Assembly (NCBI GenBank): GCA_964016885.1
Contig: OZ024742.1
Coordinates: 355,632,001 to 355,696,000 of the forward strand
DNA from: Eledone cirrhosa
Lineage: Eukaryota
Reading direction: 5' to 3'
DNA length: 64,000 nucleotides
Position 1 is the first letter of the stretch. Every line of letters begins with the position of its first letter. The notes under the pieces are model-generated. The model made no database searches, was not told where the DNA came from, and was given only the letters and a program-made list of their open reading frames with translations. Shown here in pieces: positions 25,705-38,734 of this stretch. The translations under genes were made by a program, and so were the position numbers.

Positions 25705-28700
25705 TGGTAAATTGTTTACTTTGCACAGGTGCCAGTGGATCACCCTGCCCATCACATCATGTCTCCAGCCCTTATAGTGAGTCTGGGCTAGGTGTTTACA
25801 CTCGGATACAATGTGAGCCACACTCTCCTCTCATTCTCCACAGATCCTGCACAGTGGGCTAGCCTCCTCCTTGTAAATGTTGTGTTTCAACCACTTCGTT
25901 TTGAGGGCCTGCTCCTGCGCAGCCATTAACATTTCTTCTGTAGCCTTTTTAAGGTCTCCTCTTTTCAACCAGTTCCATGATTGTGGATCTCTAAATTCAG
26001 TTTTCTCAAAGAAGGTACTATGAAGGGATTTTTCCTGAAGGCTGCTCTTTCTCCTTGATGTTATCTCCTCCTTGGACATCCCCTGGCCTATTGTCGCCTC
26101 CTTCAGTACAGCTCTGACCATTGGCGCCTTACTATCAGTCACGTATTTGTGTGGGTTGTTTTTCTCCATCTGAACACAGTCCTCTATGCTGATAAGTCCT
26201 CGTCCACCTTCAGATCTCCTTAAGTAGAGTCTATCGACATCACACCTCTTATTGAACATGTTGTAGATAGTCAATAGGTTCCTAGTCTTCCTATCCATTT
26301 CTTTTTGTTCAGCAACATTCCATCTCAGAATTCCCGCACTGTACCTAATAATAGACACAGCTGGGGAATTTACTGCACTTATGGCATTCCTACTGTTCAG
26401 ATGTGACTTTAATACGCTCCTTACTCTCCGAAGGTATTCCGTTCTTATCAATTCCTTCATTTTTTTGTTCTTGATGTCATCAGCCTCCAGAACGCCCAAA
26501 TACATGTATCCTTCTTCAGAGTCAATTTCATTTACCATCTCACCTGTTGGTAACTGGATTCCGTTACTTCTGCTCAACATACCCTTCCTCATCACAATGA
26601 CTCCACACTTACTAATACCAAATTGCACACATATATCATTGCTGAAAATACGGACAGTGTCAACAAGCACATCCAACTCCTTCTCACACCTCCCGAAGAG
26701 CTTAAGATCGTCCATGAAGAGGAGGTGATTGGTGGTAAGCTCTCCCTTTCACAAACTGTATCCTGCTCTCACCTTTCGCAGTACACTGGTCAGGGGCATC
26801 AGGGCAAGGACAAACAACAGATGGGACAGACTATCTCCCTGGAAGATACCTCTCTTGATCTTCACGCTTCCCAAGGATTCTCCAGTTGATGTTAACTCTC
26901 TTTCCCAGGACTTCATACTTTTTCCCAACAACTGTCTGATGTTATCTGCCACCTTGAAGATCTCCAGGCTTTTGGTGATCCAAGAATGAGGCACCATGTC
27001 AAATACCTTTTTGTAGTCTATCCATCCCATGGCAAGACCAGTGTGTCTCCTCTTGCAATTCCTCATTACCATCTTATCAATAAGTAACTGGTCCTTTGTA
27101 CCACGTGACTTCTTTCGGACCCTTTCTGTTCGTCCGGTAACAAGTTGTTTGTGTGGAGGTGATGGCAGATTTCCTCAAACATAATGCTTGTCAACAGTTT
27201 CCACATTACGAACAGACATGTGATAGGTCTAAAGTTGGTAACATCATTACCCTTGATTCGGTCTTTCATTATCAGAACTGTGGTACCGTTTGTCACCACT
27301 CTGGTACCTCACCTGACATCAAGCAGTCATTGAACATGGTTGTCAGTTTCGGGTGGAAGGATGTTATGTTTTTAATCCAATACCCCTGCACACCATCTGG
27401 GCCAGATGATTTCCAGTTGGTTAGTTTTTGGCCTGCCCCTTAAGAGTTTCAACTGTGATACTCAAATCAGTTTGTTGGTGTGCCTGTTCACTGATCTCGT
27501 TCTGTACTGTCTCAATCCACACTGCCTGGTCATTATGTTTAATCTCCTACTCCCATATTCCTCTCCAGAATGTTTTAGTTTGTTCCGCCTCAGGGATCAA
27601 GTCGTTGCCTCTTTCTTTCCCTTCAAGCTGCCCAAACAGCATCTTCTGGTAGTTGTCGAACAATATGCGGTTCTGTCTATACTGGCTGACTCTGTTCTCG
27701 TATCGCCTGATTTTTGCAGTTTTTGCTACAATGCGTTGCTTCAGTTCCTCTATGATAATATTTAGCTTTTTCCTCCTAGTTTCGTACTTTATTTCCAGTC
27801 TATTTTTAGTGTCTATGTTTGTTAGTGTCCCATTCAGTAGGGACTCAAGCTTTCCAATGTCATTTCTCATTTCCCTGATTTGACCACTCAGTCGTTTCTT
27901 CCACCAAGGCTCTGCTCTTTCTTGTCTGTTGTTTCCTCTCGCTTTTATACCAAGTAGTTTCCTCACCGTATTTGCTGTTGCTTTGAGGATATTGTTGCAC
28001 TGGTGAAGGCTCCTCGCCTCAAGGTATGGGATGACTTTGTTCACCTTAGCTGTTGTTTCTTTTAACTTTTTCCTGTCTACAAAACTTAGGTTCATAGGTC
28101 TCCCACTATCATTGTTCAATTCATCTACCACTAAGTTTAGGATTTCTACCAAATATTGTCCTAGCCCATCAGCATTCATATCCTTAGTGGCCGTATCTCT
28201 GTTCCAGGTATTATTTATCTCAGCATTCAGATCATTGTATGCTTCGGGTGGTTCCTCCGTTTTCTCGACCTCTTCACCTTCATTTCCCACTGGCTCGTTT
28301 GCCTGGCATACTCCACTCTCCATTTCCAAGCTAATCTCTCTGCTCAGTTCCTCCAGTTCCAGCTCGCTTATCCACCCATTAGTTCTTATTACCCGAGCCT
28401 GCCCGGCCAGATTTTGTTCATCTAATTTAAATGGACCAATCTCGTTCCAGATGTTATGCATCCTTTTCCTATAGCCTTTCTCCTTGGGGTTACTCTTCAG
28501 GTAACACTGCATAACAGTTCTATTCAATTCTTTCGTCCAGTTGGTTCTCGTCCCTTTCCTTCTTCTTCTTCCTCCGACACCAGCAGTATTTGGTTCACAG
28601 CCAGGTCCCTGCTGCTGAGCCAGGGAACACCTGTTGGGTGAGAGTCTGTCACATGACAGTCTAGTCTCCATTTCACCGTTATTCGAACTGTTTAGGTTCG

Positions 28701-29866
28701 ACATTTAAACACTCTTATCGAGGATTGGCGAATGTATGGTTACATAACCACCGGTGAAATACTTGTCTCCGGTGGTTTCGTCACTCTACGTGACTTTTGT
28801 GTGGCATCATCACGCTGTAGACGAACCCAAACAAACAAACAAACAAACAGGCAGAAAAAAACCCAAAAATGAATAAGCATAAGTTTGATTGTAATGTCGT
28901 GTTTGAACGTCTGACTTAATGTTTCCCTTCCCTTCTCTGTCCGTTCGTTTGTTTTTCTCTTCATTTTTATTTCCTTTACGTTCTTCGTTGTTGCTGTGCT
29001 GCTTTGATTTTGATTTTTATTGTTTTTTTTTATTTTGACCGGGTCATCAATTCAGTCTATTTATATATTTTGATGTTTTCCTCATTTAGTGGGAATTCTA
29101 CAATGTAGCAGGGGGCAGAGGGAAAGAATAGCGGCGGTAGTGATATTGAGGCAGCGGCGGCGGTGGCGGTGCTGTGCTAGCAGCAACTAGCAGGAGGTAG
29201 TGGGAGAGAATAACGGCGGTAGCGATAGTGAGGCAGCGGTGGTAGTGATGTGGTCGTATTACTGTAGTGATGGTGTTGAAGTTGGAGTAGAAATTTGAGT
29301 CGACTTGACCAGAGTTTTGATCGTAGTAGTGGTGGTGGTATTGGTGGTGAAATTATCTTTAGTGAAATTATCGTTAGTCGCGTGTATGTGTTGATATTTA
29401 CCCATAATATTGGATTTAAACATTTTGTTAAAACTAAAACTTGAGGCAATAGTAATAGTAATTATTATTATTATGCTGAGATTGGGGGTGGTGGTGGTAG
29501 TGAAATTGCCGTTATCGGGCTGTTGTGTTTAGTGTACACAGAGGGGTGATGGGGCAGGTGCTGTATCTAGTTTCTGATGTTGGTGAAGTTGCTGTTATTT
29601 GGCTGTTCTATATAGTGTAGACAGAGGGGGTTTCCTTCCATTTATAACCATTTTCTTTTTGAATATAAAATGTATTATACAAAATTGAATATTTGAGCGA
29701 TATAACAATATATTGTGGATCCGAATTTTTTGGGACTCAAGCTGGATGTTTTATGCAACATTTGTACTAAGAATTGTTATTTCACAATTGATTTAAATAT
29801 GTAAAAAAATCAAAACTTACGGTAGCGATTTCTCGACCTTCTATCCACCATGTGTGTCTTCTTCCC
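25705..29866 (-). mobile_element. Family B copy B0: intact 5' end, 3' end deleted, ORF disrupted
   Basis: ORF pieces 27547-28704, 26749-27299 and 25831-26715 are colinear with the 1120-aa ORF; ~1.15-kb leader ends at (ATT)n. Confidence 0.92.
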
Positions 29867-29886
29867 TTATTATTATTATTATTGTT

Positions 29887-32800
29887 ACAGTTGCATTTAT
29901 CTTGCTTTATGTTCATACGAGTTATCACCAAGTCATAACCAGTGACCTCAAGAGACAACAAGGTCCGCCATGTTCAAGAAAGCACATACCTATTCACACA
30001 TGCATCTTTAGTGTTTAGACTTGTGATGTACTTATATTGACAGAATCTTCCTTAGTATATGGGCAGTTCCCATTAGTACTATCTTTTGTATTTCTCCTAT
30101 ACGCGGGTTTCCTGGGATTTGCGATAAGTAGTCATTAGACCCCTTAGGTATCATTCCCAGAGCGCCTACAACCACTGGTATTGTTTTAGTTCTCAATTTC
30201 CACATTTTTCCAATTTCTATCTCCAGGTCCTTATACTTGCTCAATTTTTCAAATGTTTTTATAGATACATTCTTGTCTATTGGAACAGACATATAAATTA
30301 GCAGGCATACCCTCTTTTGAAAGTCCTTCAATATTATATCAGGTCTATTTGCATCTATTTTTCGGTCTGTTCGGATGCTAAAGTTCCACAAGATTGAGAT
30401 GTGATCTTTTTCAAGTATGGGAGGTGGTTGATGCTCCCACCAATTCTTTTGATGGGGCAGGTCAAAATACTTACACATTATCCAATGTATGTATTGTGCA
30501 GCTCTGTCATGCCTGTTTAGGTATTCGGTTGGAGCTATAGGACTGCACATTGAAATTATATGGTCAATGGTCTCTGGTTGTTTTTTGCATACACGGCATA
30601 ATGGGCTGCACCCATTTTTTATTATGTTGGCTTGGTAATTTTTTGTTGGCAGACACTGATCTTGTGCCGATATAATTTGTCCTTCAGTCTCCGATTTTCA
30701 GTCCAGAGGATGCCAACCACTGATGAGTTAAAATTTTATCAACATCAGGATTGTTAGCTCGCTCTGGGTATTTTCCATACAGAGGCTTTTCTTGCCATTT
30801 CTTAGCCTTTTTCTGTAGCAGTTCTTTCTTTGCAGTTACTTTTACCTGCTTTGCTTTTTCTGTGTTTTCCATTTCAGCAGTAAATGGGACTTCTGAAATG
30901 TGTAGTCCATTACTGTATCTTTGTGCATCTTTTGTAATGGAATATGATCTTTTGATGCTTTCGTGTTTCAAAACGAGTTTGATCATCCATGTAGATAATT
31001 CAATTGTTGCAGTTTTCAACGCAATGTCTAACTGGATTAACCCACGTCCTCCTTCTTTCCTAGGGAGATATATTCTATCTATATCTGCCTTAGGGTGATG
31101 CATTCTGTGCATGGTTATGAATTTTCGAATTTTTGTATCGAGCCTACGGATCTCTGTGCTTGACCAGTTGATGTCATTGTAACTGTAGGTTACTACTGGT
31201 ATGGCAAGCGTGTTTATGGCATCGATCCTATTCCTTGCATTCAATTCCGTTCTTAAGATTGCTCTTACTCTGCGGTAACATTCCTTCCTTATCCTTTCCC
31301 TCATTGTCGAGTGCTTGATTCCGTCTCCTTCACAAACACCTAGATATTTGTAAGTTTTTTCTTGGTCAAGTTCTCTTATCACGTTCCCCCGATCAAGATT
31401 AAGGTCTGAACTCTTCAGCAGCTTTCCTCTGGTGAACGTTGCTTTGGCGCATTTATCTAGTCCAAACTCCATTTTAATGTCATCACTGAACTGCTTCACA
31501 GTGGATAATAGCCCTTGCAATTGTTCATGATTGTTTGCAAATAGTTTCAGGTCATCCATGTAGAACAGGTGATTAATGGTTTTGTCATAGACTTTATATC
31601 CATGTTTTGTTTCATTGAGCATTTTACTTAATGGTATAAGTGCGATGCAGAATAAAAGCGGTGATAAAAAGTCACCCTGAAAAATTCCACAATTTATATT
31701 AACTTCTCCAGCTTCGAGTGATTTTGTTTCACTATTCAAAAGGAGTGTCGTTTTCCATGTCTTCATACTGAATGACAAAGACCTCCTGACAACGGGGGAT
31801 ACTTTGAAAATCTCTAAACATTTTTCAATCCAACTGTGTGGCAAACTATCGAATGCTTTTTTATAATCTATCCAAGTAATCGATAGATTTTTGTGTCTAT
31901 TATGACAATCTTCCAGTATCATTTTGTTAACCAGAAGCTGATCCTTACAGCCATATGAGCCTCGTTTACACCCTTTCTGCTCAATGGGAAATAGGTCATT
32001 TGTTATCAGGTGGTCATATGTGTATTCAGTTAGGACTGATGTTAAAATTTTATACATTGTGGTCAAGCATGTTATCGGTCTGTAATTTTTGGGATTGTTT
32101 GTCTCATCATTCTTCGGAAGCAGGAATGTAATGCCGTTAACTAGCCATGAAGGTATCTTTTATGGCTCCTTAACTATTTCATTGTAAAGTTGGGCTAACA
32201 GCTCATGAGACTCTGTGAAGGCATTTATCCAAAAGTTTTGTATTTTGTCTTTTCCTGGGGATTTCCATTTGCTGGTTTTTCTTAGAGCCAAGCGCAACTG
32301 TTCAACTGTTATATTTTCCCATGTTTGTTCCTCAAGGTGAGCTGTATCTTTCATTTGTCTGTCTATCCATGGGGCATGTATGTTATGAACTTTTTCTTCG
32401 GCCCAGATCTTTTCCCAGAATTCTTGCACTTCCTCCTTGGGTGGTATTGATTTAGCAGTTATTGTTGACTTACCAATTTTTCTGTAGAAGTTTCTTTGGT
32501 TGTTTTTGAGCATATTATTGTCCTTATAGAATCTAGATCGTTTTTCAAAGCGCCTTATACGAGCAGCTTTGGCCGACACTTTTTGCTTGATTATTTCTAT
32601 CAGCATGTGTATGTCACATGTTGATTTTATACTGTACTTTCTTTTCAATTTTCTAAGTTTAGTTTGTTTAACATGTTCACCTACTTTATAGTTTGTTAAA
32701 ATTTCTATGTCAGATCGGAGAAGGTTTATTTGCCGATTGATGTTATCTTGCCAAGTAGATTTCTTGTGGGAATTCCTTTGTTTTTTCATCTTCACTCCAC

Positions 32801-33810
32801 ATATGTGAGTGGTGACTTTAGCCGATGCATAATAGAGATGATTTAAATCAGTAATGTTTAGTTTGTTTGTGATGATAATGTTTTTGAGAATTATGTTAGT
32901 CTTGTGTATTATCTTTTGGTTCTCTTTGGAGTTCTGGATCTTAGGGAGGGTGTCTCGTTGCTCCATGTCAGATTCTTTCATTTTCATCCATTCGATCATA
33001 ATTTCATTCTTCAAGTTGGCAAGTTCATTCTCATTCATTTCTTTATCATTTACGATCTCATTATTTTCATTTGGAGTTTCATCCTGAGCATGCACTCCCT
33101 CCACTTTTTCGATCGTTTCTTTAATTTGTTCTGTTGCCAGTGATTCCGCCCCAACCCTGGGATTCGAAGTGTTACAGTTTACCTCGTTTTCACTGACACA
33201 TATTTCATTTTCCCTTCGCTGACTTTGTGCTACTAGCTTGATCTGATCAATTTCTATATCAGTTAGTAACTTTTTTCTTACAATATTTCTTCGTATATTG
33301 GCTAGTTTGTTACTGTCAATATAGCCTTTGTTTTCGGGATGTTTCTTTCTCCAGTTGATATATGTCTGTTCTGTATTCAATGTATTTGATGGGTAGTACA
33401 TGGCAGTGTAGAAAGCCTCAAGGACTTCTTTATTATCTTCCCTTGACCATTTTTCTCTCTTTTTCTTTGGATTTATTGGTGGTGAGCATGGAGGGCCAAC
33501 AGTAGGAGTATTCCGGTTATGGGAGGTCTCCAGCTCCGAAGTGATGGGAAGGTTTGAACCATTAGCTGATTTTTCGACGCCAGTCTGGTTCCTCTCTGAG
33601 GGACGCGGCCCTTTTTTACCCGGGTGACGGCCGATCCGGTATGAGGTTTTATCATTAGACATTTACTTTATTTTGTCGCGTTTTATCCTTATCCGCCAAG
33701 GGGTAATCATTTCGTGATACCACTTCTAGAACGAGTGTCAACCAAGACTAGAGGGGTCGTTCTCCCCTAGAGACACGGCTATTCCCCGCCGGCCGCCATC
33801 CCGGTTTTTC
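29887..33810 (-). mobile_element. R4/Dong-like family A copy A2 (near full length, disrupted)
   Basis: ORF 30032-33662 with a stop at 32160, a frameshift near 30695 and an 18-bp deletion; FYMDD retained; (ATT)n on both sides. Confidence 0.93.
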
Positions 33811-33816
33811 TTCTTC

Positions 33817-33857
<41 letters not shown>

Positions 33858-33943
33858 GTTATTGTTATTCCTTGAATCTCAGTCATTGATGTTGGTTAAC
33901 TGGAAAGTCTGTTGGATTGAATATCAAGCCACTACCTGCAGCC

Positions 33944-36900
33944 TCAGATATTCAGGACGTATCGGAGGGTTCTTGCCGTTCCAAGCAAGCATGCCTTTTG
34001 AAGCGTTCCAAAAAGCGTGAAGGGGCCGATTTTCTTTAACCATCCCTGGAAACCTTTGGAGATAGTCCCCAGTGCGCCTATGACAATCGGGATCACTTTG
34101 ACTTCATGGCAGTTCCAAATCCTTTTCACCTCCCACTTTAGGTCCTGGTATCGGTTAATTTTCTCCCTCTCCTTCTCTTGCACTCTCGTGTCGAACGGGC
34201 AGGCCACATCCACAATCAGGCACGATCTTTTTTCTTTGTCCACAACCACCAGGTCAGGTCTATTGTGTTCCAGTTTTTTGTCCGTCTGTATCCTAAAATC
34301 CCACAGCACCTTCACCTGACTGTTCTCCATCACCGCCTCTGGCCTATGCTCATACCATTTCTCAGAATGTGGTAGATTGTTTACTTTGCACAGGTGCCAG
34401 TGGATCACCCTGCCCATCACATCGTGTCTCCAGCCCTTATAGTGGGTCTGGGCTAGGTGTTTACACTCGGACACAATGTGAGCCACAGTCTCCTCTCTCT
34501 CTCCACAGATCCTGCACAGTGGGCTAGCCTCCTCCTTGTAGATATGGTGCTTCAACCACTTCGTTTTGAGGGCCTGCTCCTGCGCAGCCATTAGCATTCC
34601 TTCTGTAGCCTTTTTGAGGTCTCCTCTTCTCAACCAGTTCCATTTCTGTGGATCTCTAAATTCAGTTTTCTCAAAGAAGGTACTATGAAGGGATTTTCCC
34701 TTAAGGCTGCTCTTCCTCCTTGATGTTATTTCCTCCTTGGATATCCCCTGGCCTACTGTCCCCTCCTTCAGTACAGCTCTGAGCATTGGCTCCTTACTAT
34801 AGGTCACGTATTTGTATAGGTTGTTTTTCTCCATCTGAACACAGTCCTCTATGCTGATAAGACCTCTTCCACCCTCAGATCTCCTTAGGTAGAGTCTATC
34901 GACATCACTCCTCTTGTGGAACATGTTGTAGATAGTCAATAGCTTCCTAGTCTTCCTATCCATTTCTTTTTGTTCAGCAACATTCCATCTCAGAATTCCC
35001 GCACTGTACCTAATAATAGACACAGCTCGGGAATTTACTGCGCTTATGGCATTTCTGCTGTTCAGATGTGACTTCAATACGCTCCTTACTCTCCGAATGT
35101 ATTCAGTTCTTAACAATTCCTTCATTTTTTTGTTCTTTATGCCATCAGCCTCCAGACCGCCCAAATACTTGTATCCTTCCTCAGAGTCAATTTCCTTTAT
35201 CATCTCACCTGTTGGTATCTGGATCCCGTTACTTCTGCTCAACCTACCCCTCCTCATCACAATGACTCCACATTTACCAATACCAAACTGCATACATATA
35301 TCACTGCTGAAAATACGGACAGTGTTAACAAGCACATCCAACTCCTTCTCACTTTTCCCGAAGAGCTTAAGATCGTCCATGAAGAGGAGGTGATTGATGG
35401 TAAGCTCTCCCCTTCCCAACTTGTATCCTGCTCTCACTTTTCGCAGCATAATGGTCAAGGGCATCAGGGCAAGGACAAACAACAGAGGGGACAGGCTATC
35501 TCCCTGGAAGATACCTCTCTTGATCTTCACGCTTCCCAAGGATACTCCAGTTGATGTCAACTCTGTCTCCCAGGACCCCATACTCCTGCCCAGCAACTGT
35601 CTGATGTTATCTGCCACCCTGAAGATCTCCAGGCTTTTGGTGATCCAGGAATGAGGCACCATGTCAAATGCCTTTCTGTAGTCTATCCATCCCATGGCAA
35701 GATCAGTGTGTCTCCTCCTGCAATTCCCCATTACCATCTTATCAATAAGCAACTGGTACTTTGTACCACGTGACTTCTTTCGGCATCCTTTCTGTTCGTC
35801 CGGCAACAAGTTGTTTGTGTGGAGGTGATGGTAGATTTCCTCAGACACAATGCTCGTCAACAGTTTCCACATTACGGGCAGACATGTGATAGGTCTATAG
35901 TTGGTAACATCATTACCCTTGATTCGGTCTTTCATTATCAGAACTGTGGTACCTTTTGTCCACCACTCTGGCACCTCACCCGACACCAAGCAGTCATTGA
36001 ACATGGCCGTCAGCTTCGGGTGGAGGGATGTTAAATGTTTAATCCAATACCCCTGCACACCGTCTGGGCCTGGTGATTTCCAGTTGGTTAGTTTTTTGGC
36101 TTGCCCCTTAAGAGTTTCAACTGTGATACTCAAATCAGTCTGTACTGTCTCAATCCACCCTGCCTGGACATTGTGTCTAACATCCTGCTCCCATATTCCT
36201 CTCCAGAATGTTTTAGCTTGTTCCGCCCCAGGGATCAAGTCGTTGCCTCTTTCTTTCCCCTCAAGCTGTCCAAACAGCATCTTCTGGTTGTTGTCGAACA
36301 TGCGGTTCTGTTTATACTGACTGACTCTGTTCTCGTATCGCCTGATTTTGGCACTCTTTGCTACAATGCGTTGCTTCAATTCCTCTATGATAATATTTAG
36401 CTTTTTACTCCTAGTTTTGTATTTTATTTCCAGTCTATTTTTAGTGCCTATGTTTTTTAGTGTCCCATTCAGTAGTGACTCAAGCTTTCCTATGTCATTT
36501 CGCATTTCCCCGATTTGCCCACTCAGTCGCTTCTTCCACCACGGCTCTGCTCTTTCTTGTCTGTTGTTTTCTCTCGCTTTTATACCAAGTAGTTTCCTCA
36601 CCGTATTTGCTGTTGCTTTGAGGATATTGTTGCACTGGTGAAGACTCCTCGCCTCAAGGTATGGGATGACTTTGTTTACCTTAGCTGTTGTTTCTTTTAA
36701 CTTTTTCCTGTCTACAAATCTTAGGTTCATAGGTCTCCCACTATCATTGTTCAACTCATCTACCACTAAATTTAAGATGTCAACCCAATCTTGTCCTAGC
36801 CCGTCAGCATTCATCTCCTCAGTGGCCGTATCTCTGTTCCAGGTATTATTTATCTCAGTATTCAGATCATTGTCTGCTTCGGGTGGTTCCTCCGCTCTCA

Positions 36901-37306
36901 GGACCTCCTCACCTTCATTTCCCGCCGGCTCGCTTGTCTGGCATACTACACCCGCCATCTCCAAGCCATTCTCTCTGCTCAGTTCCTCCAGTTCCAGCTC
37001 GCTTATCCACCCATTAGTTCTTATTACCCGAGCCTGCCCGGCCAATTTTTGTTCATCTAATTTAAATAAACCAATCTCGTTCCAGATGTTATGCATCCGT
37101 CTCCTGTAGCCCCTCTCCTTGGGGTTACTTTTCAGGTAGCATTGCATAACAGTTCTATTCAATTCTTTCGTCCAGTTGGTTCTGGCCCCTTTCCTTCTTC
37201 TTCTTCCTCCAACATCAGCAGTATTTCGTTGACAGTCAGGTTCCTGCTGCTGAGCCAGGGGGCACCTGTTGGGTGAGAGTCTGTCACATGACGTTCTAGT
37301 CTCCAT
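33944..37306 (-). CDS. RT + CCHC + restriction-like endonuclease polyprotein (1120 aa, open)
   Basis: Myb-like N-terminal W/L pattern, [56 protein letters not shown]. Confidence 0.93.
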   Translation of the reverse strand: METRTSCDRLSPNRCPLAQQQEPDCQRNTADVGGRRRRKGARTNWTKELNRTVMQCYLKSNPKERGYRRRMHNIWNEIGLFKLDEQKLAGQARVIRTNGWISELELEELSRENGLEMAGVVCQTSEPAGNEGEEVLRAEEPPEADNDLNTEINNTWNRDTATEEMNADGLGQDWVDILNLVVDELNNDSGRPMNLRFVDRKKLKETTAKVNKVIPYLEARSLHQCNNILKATANTVRKLLGIKARENNRQERAEPWWKKRLSGQIGEMRNDIGKLESLLNGTLKNIGTKNRLEIKYKTRSKKLNIIIEELKQRIVAKSAKIRRYENRVSQYKQNRMFDNNQKMLFGQLEGKERGNDLIPGAEQAKTFWRGIWEQDVRHNVQAGWIETVQTDLSITVETLKGQAKKLTNWKSPGPDGVQGYWIKHLTSLHPKLTAMFNDCLVSGEVPEWWTKGTTVLIMKDRIKGNDVTNYRPITCLPVMWKLLTSIVSEEIYHHLHTNNLLPDEQKGCRKKSRGTKYQLLIDKMVMGNCRRRHTDLAMGWIDYRKAFDMVPHSWITKSLEIFRVADNIRQLLGRSMGSWETELTSTGVSLGSVKIKRGIFQGDSLSPLLFVLALMPLTIMLRKVRAGYKLGRGELTINHLLFMDDLKLFGKSEKELDVLVNTVRIFSSDICMQFGIGKCGVIVMRRGRLSRSNGIQIPTGEMIKEIDSEEGYKYLGGLEADGIKNKKMKELLRTEYIRRVRSVLKSHLNSRNAISAVNSRAVSIIRYSAGILRWNVAEQKEMDRKTRKLLTIYNMFHKRSDVDRLYLRRSEGGRGLISIEDCVQMEKNNLYKYVTYSKEPMLRAVLKEGTVGQGISKEEITSRRKSSLKGKSLHSTFFEKTEFRDPQKWNWLRRGDLKKATEGMLMAAQEQALKTKWLKHHIYKEEASPLCRICGEREETVAHIVSECKHLAQTHYKGWRHDVMGRVIHWHLCKVNNLPHSEKWYEHRPEAVMENSQVKVLWDFRIQTDKKLEHNRPDLVVVDKEKRSCLIVDVACPFDTRVQEKEREKINRYQDLKWEVKRIWNCHEVKVIPIVIGALGTISKGFQGWLKKIGPFTLFGTLQKACLLGTARTLRYVLNI

Positions 37307-37875
37307 TTCACCGTTATTCGAACTGTTTATGTTCGATATTTAAACACTCTTATCGAGGATTGGCGAATGTATGTTTACATAGCCATCTGTGGATCCGCCA
37401 TCCCACTTGGCCCTTGTGTGGCATTATCACCACGCTGTATACGGACACACATAAACAAACAAACACACGGGCAGAAAGGGCCCCAAAAATGAATAAGCAT
37501 AAGTTTCATTGTAATTTAGTATTCGAATGTCTGACTTAGTTTTTGTTTTTTAAGTTTTACTTTTTCCCCCCTCTTCTCTGTCCGTCCGCCTGCTTCTCTC
37601 TTCATTCTTATTTTCTTTACGTTTTTGGGGTTTCTTTTTTTGTTTTTGTTTTTCTCTGTTTTTCTCGTTTTTTACTGTTGTTGCTGTGCTGCTTTTGTGG
37701 TTTGTTTTTTCTTTTTTCTTTTGAGTCTATCTATATATTTTGATGCCTTCCTCTTTGTTAGTAGTAGGAATTATATAATGTGGAAGTGGTAGCCAGCAGA
37801 GACTAGCGGCGTTGGCGATACTGAGACAGTGGTGGCGGTGATGTCGATACCGAGGCAGTGGTGGCGGTGATGCGA

Positions 37876-38524
37876 CCGTATTACTGTAGTGATGGTGCTG
37901 TAGCGGTGGCAGCAGCAGTGGAGGAGTCAGGGGGTGGTGGCGGCGGTGATGGGATAGTGGTGGTAATGATGGCCGTAGTGAGCGGTGGCGGTGAAGGTGA
38001 AAATGCTGTTGTGTTTAGTGTACACAGATGATGGGGTGGGCGGTGTATCTAGTTTCTGGTGTTGGTGAGTTTCGCTGTCCTATATAGTGTAGCCAGAGGA
38101 GAGGAGGGGGGGGGGGGTTCTTCTTCTTCCATTTATAGCCATTTTATTTTTTTTTTTGGATATACAGTGTACAATACAAAGTTGAATATTTGAATATTTG
38201 AGCCGTATTACTGTAGTGATGGTGCTGTAGCGGTGGCAGCAGCAGTGAAGGAGTCAAGGGGTGGTGGCGGCGGTGATGGGATAGTGGTGGTAATGATGGC
38301 CGTAGTGAGCGGTGGCGGTGAAGGTGAAAATGCTGTTGTGTTTAGTGTACACAGATGATGGGGTGGGCGGTGTATCTAGTTTTTGGTGTTGGTGAGTTTA
38401 GCTGTCCTATATAGTGTAGCCAGAGGAGAGGAGGGGGGGGGGGGTTCTTCTTCTTCCATTTATAGCCATTTTTTTTTGGATATACAGTGTACAATACAAA
38501 GTTGAATATTTGAATATTTGAGCC
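37876..38524. repeat. ~327-bp tandem duplication in the B2 leader
   Basis: CCGTATTACTGTAGTGATGG occurs at 37876 and 38203; the two units are near identical; absent from B0. Confidence 0.92.
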
Positions 38525-38688
38525 TTATAACAATATATTTTGGGTCCGAATTTTTTGGGGCTCAAGCCGGGTGCTTTACGTAGCATTTGTACTAAGAGTT
38601 GTTATTTCACAAATGATTTAAATATGTTAAAAATTCAAAACTTACGGGAGCGATTTCATGACCTCCGTCACCTCGTGCGTCTTCTTCC

Positions 38689-38732
<44 letters not shown>

Positions 38733-38734
<2 letters not shown>

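Larger units (their letters stand above)
33870..38688 (-). mobile_element. R4/Dong-like family B copy B2, full length
   Basis: Same 5' terminus as B0 and same 3' terminus as B1; (ATT)n on both sides. Confidence 0.95.
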
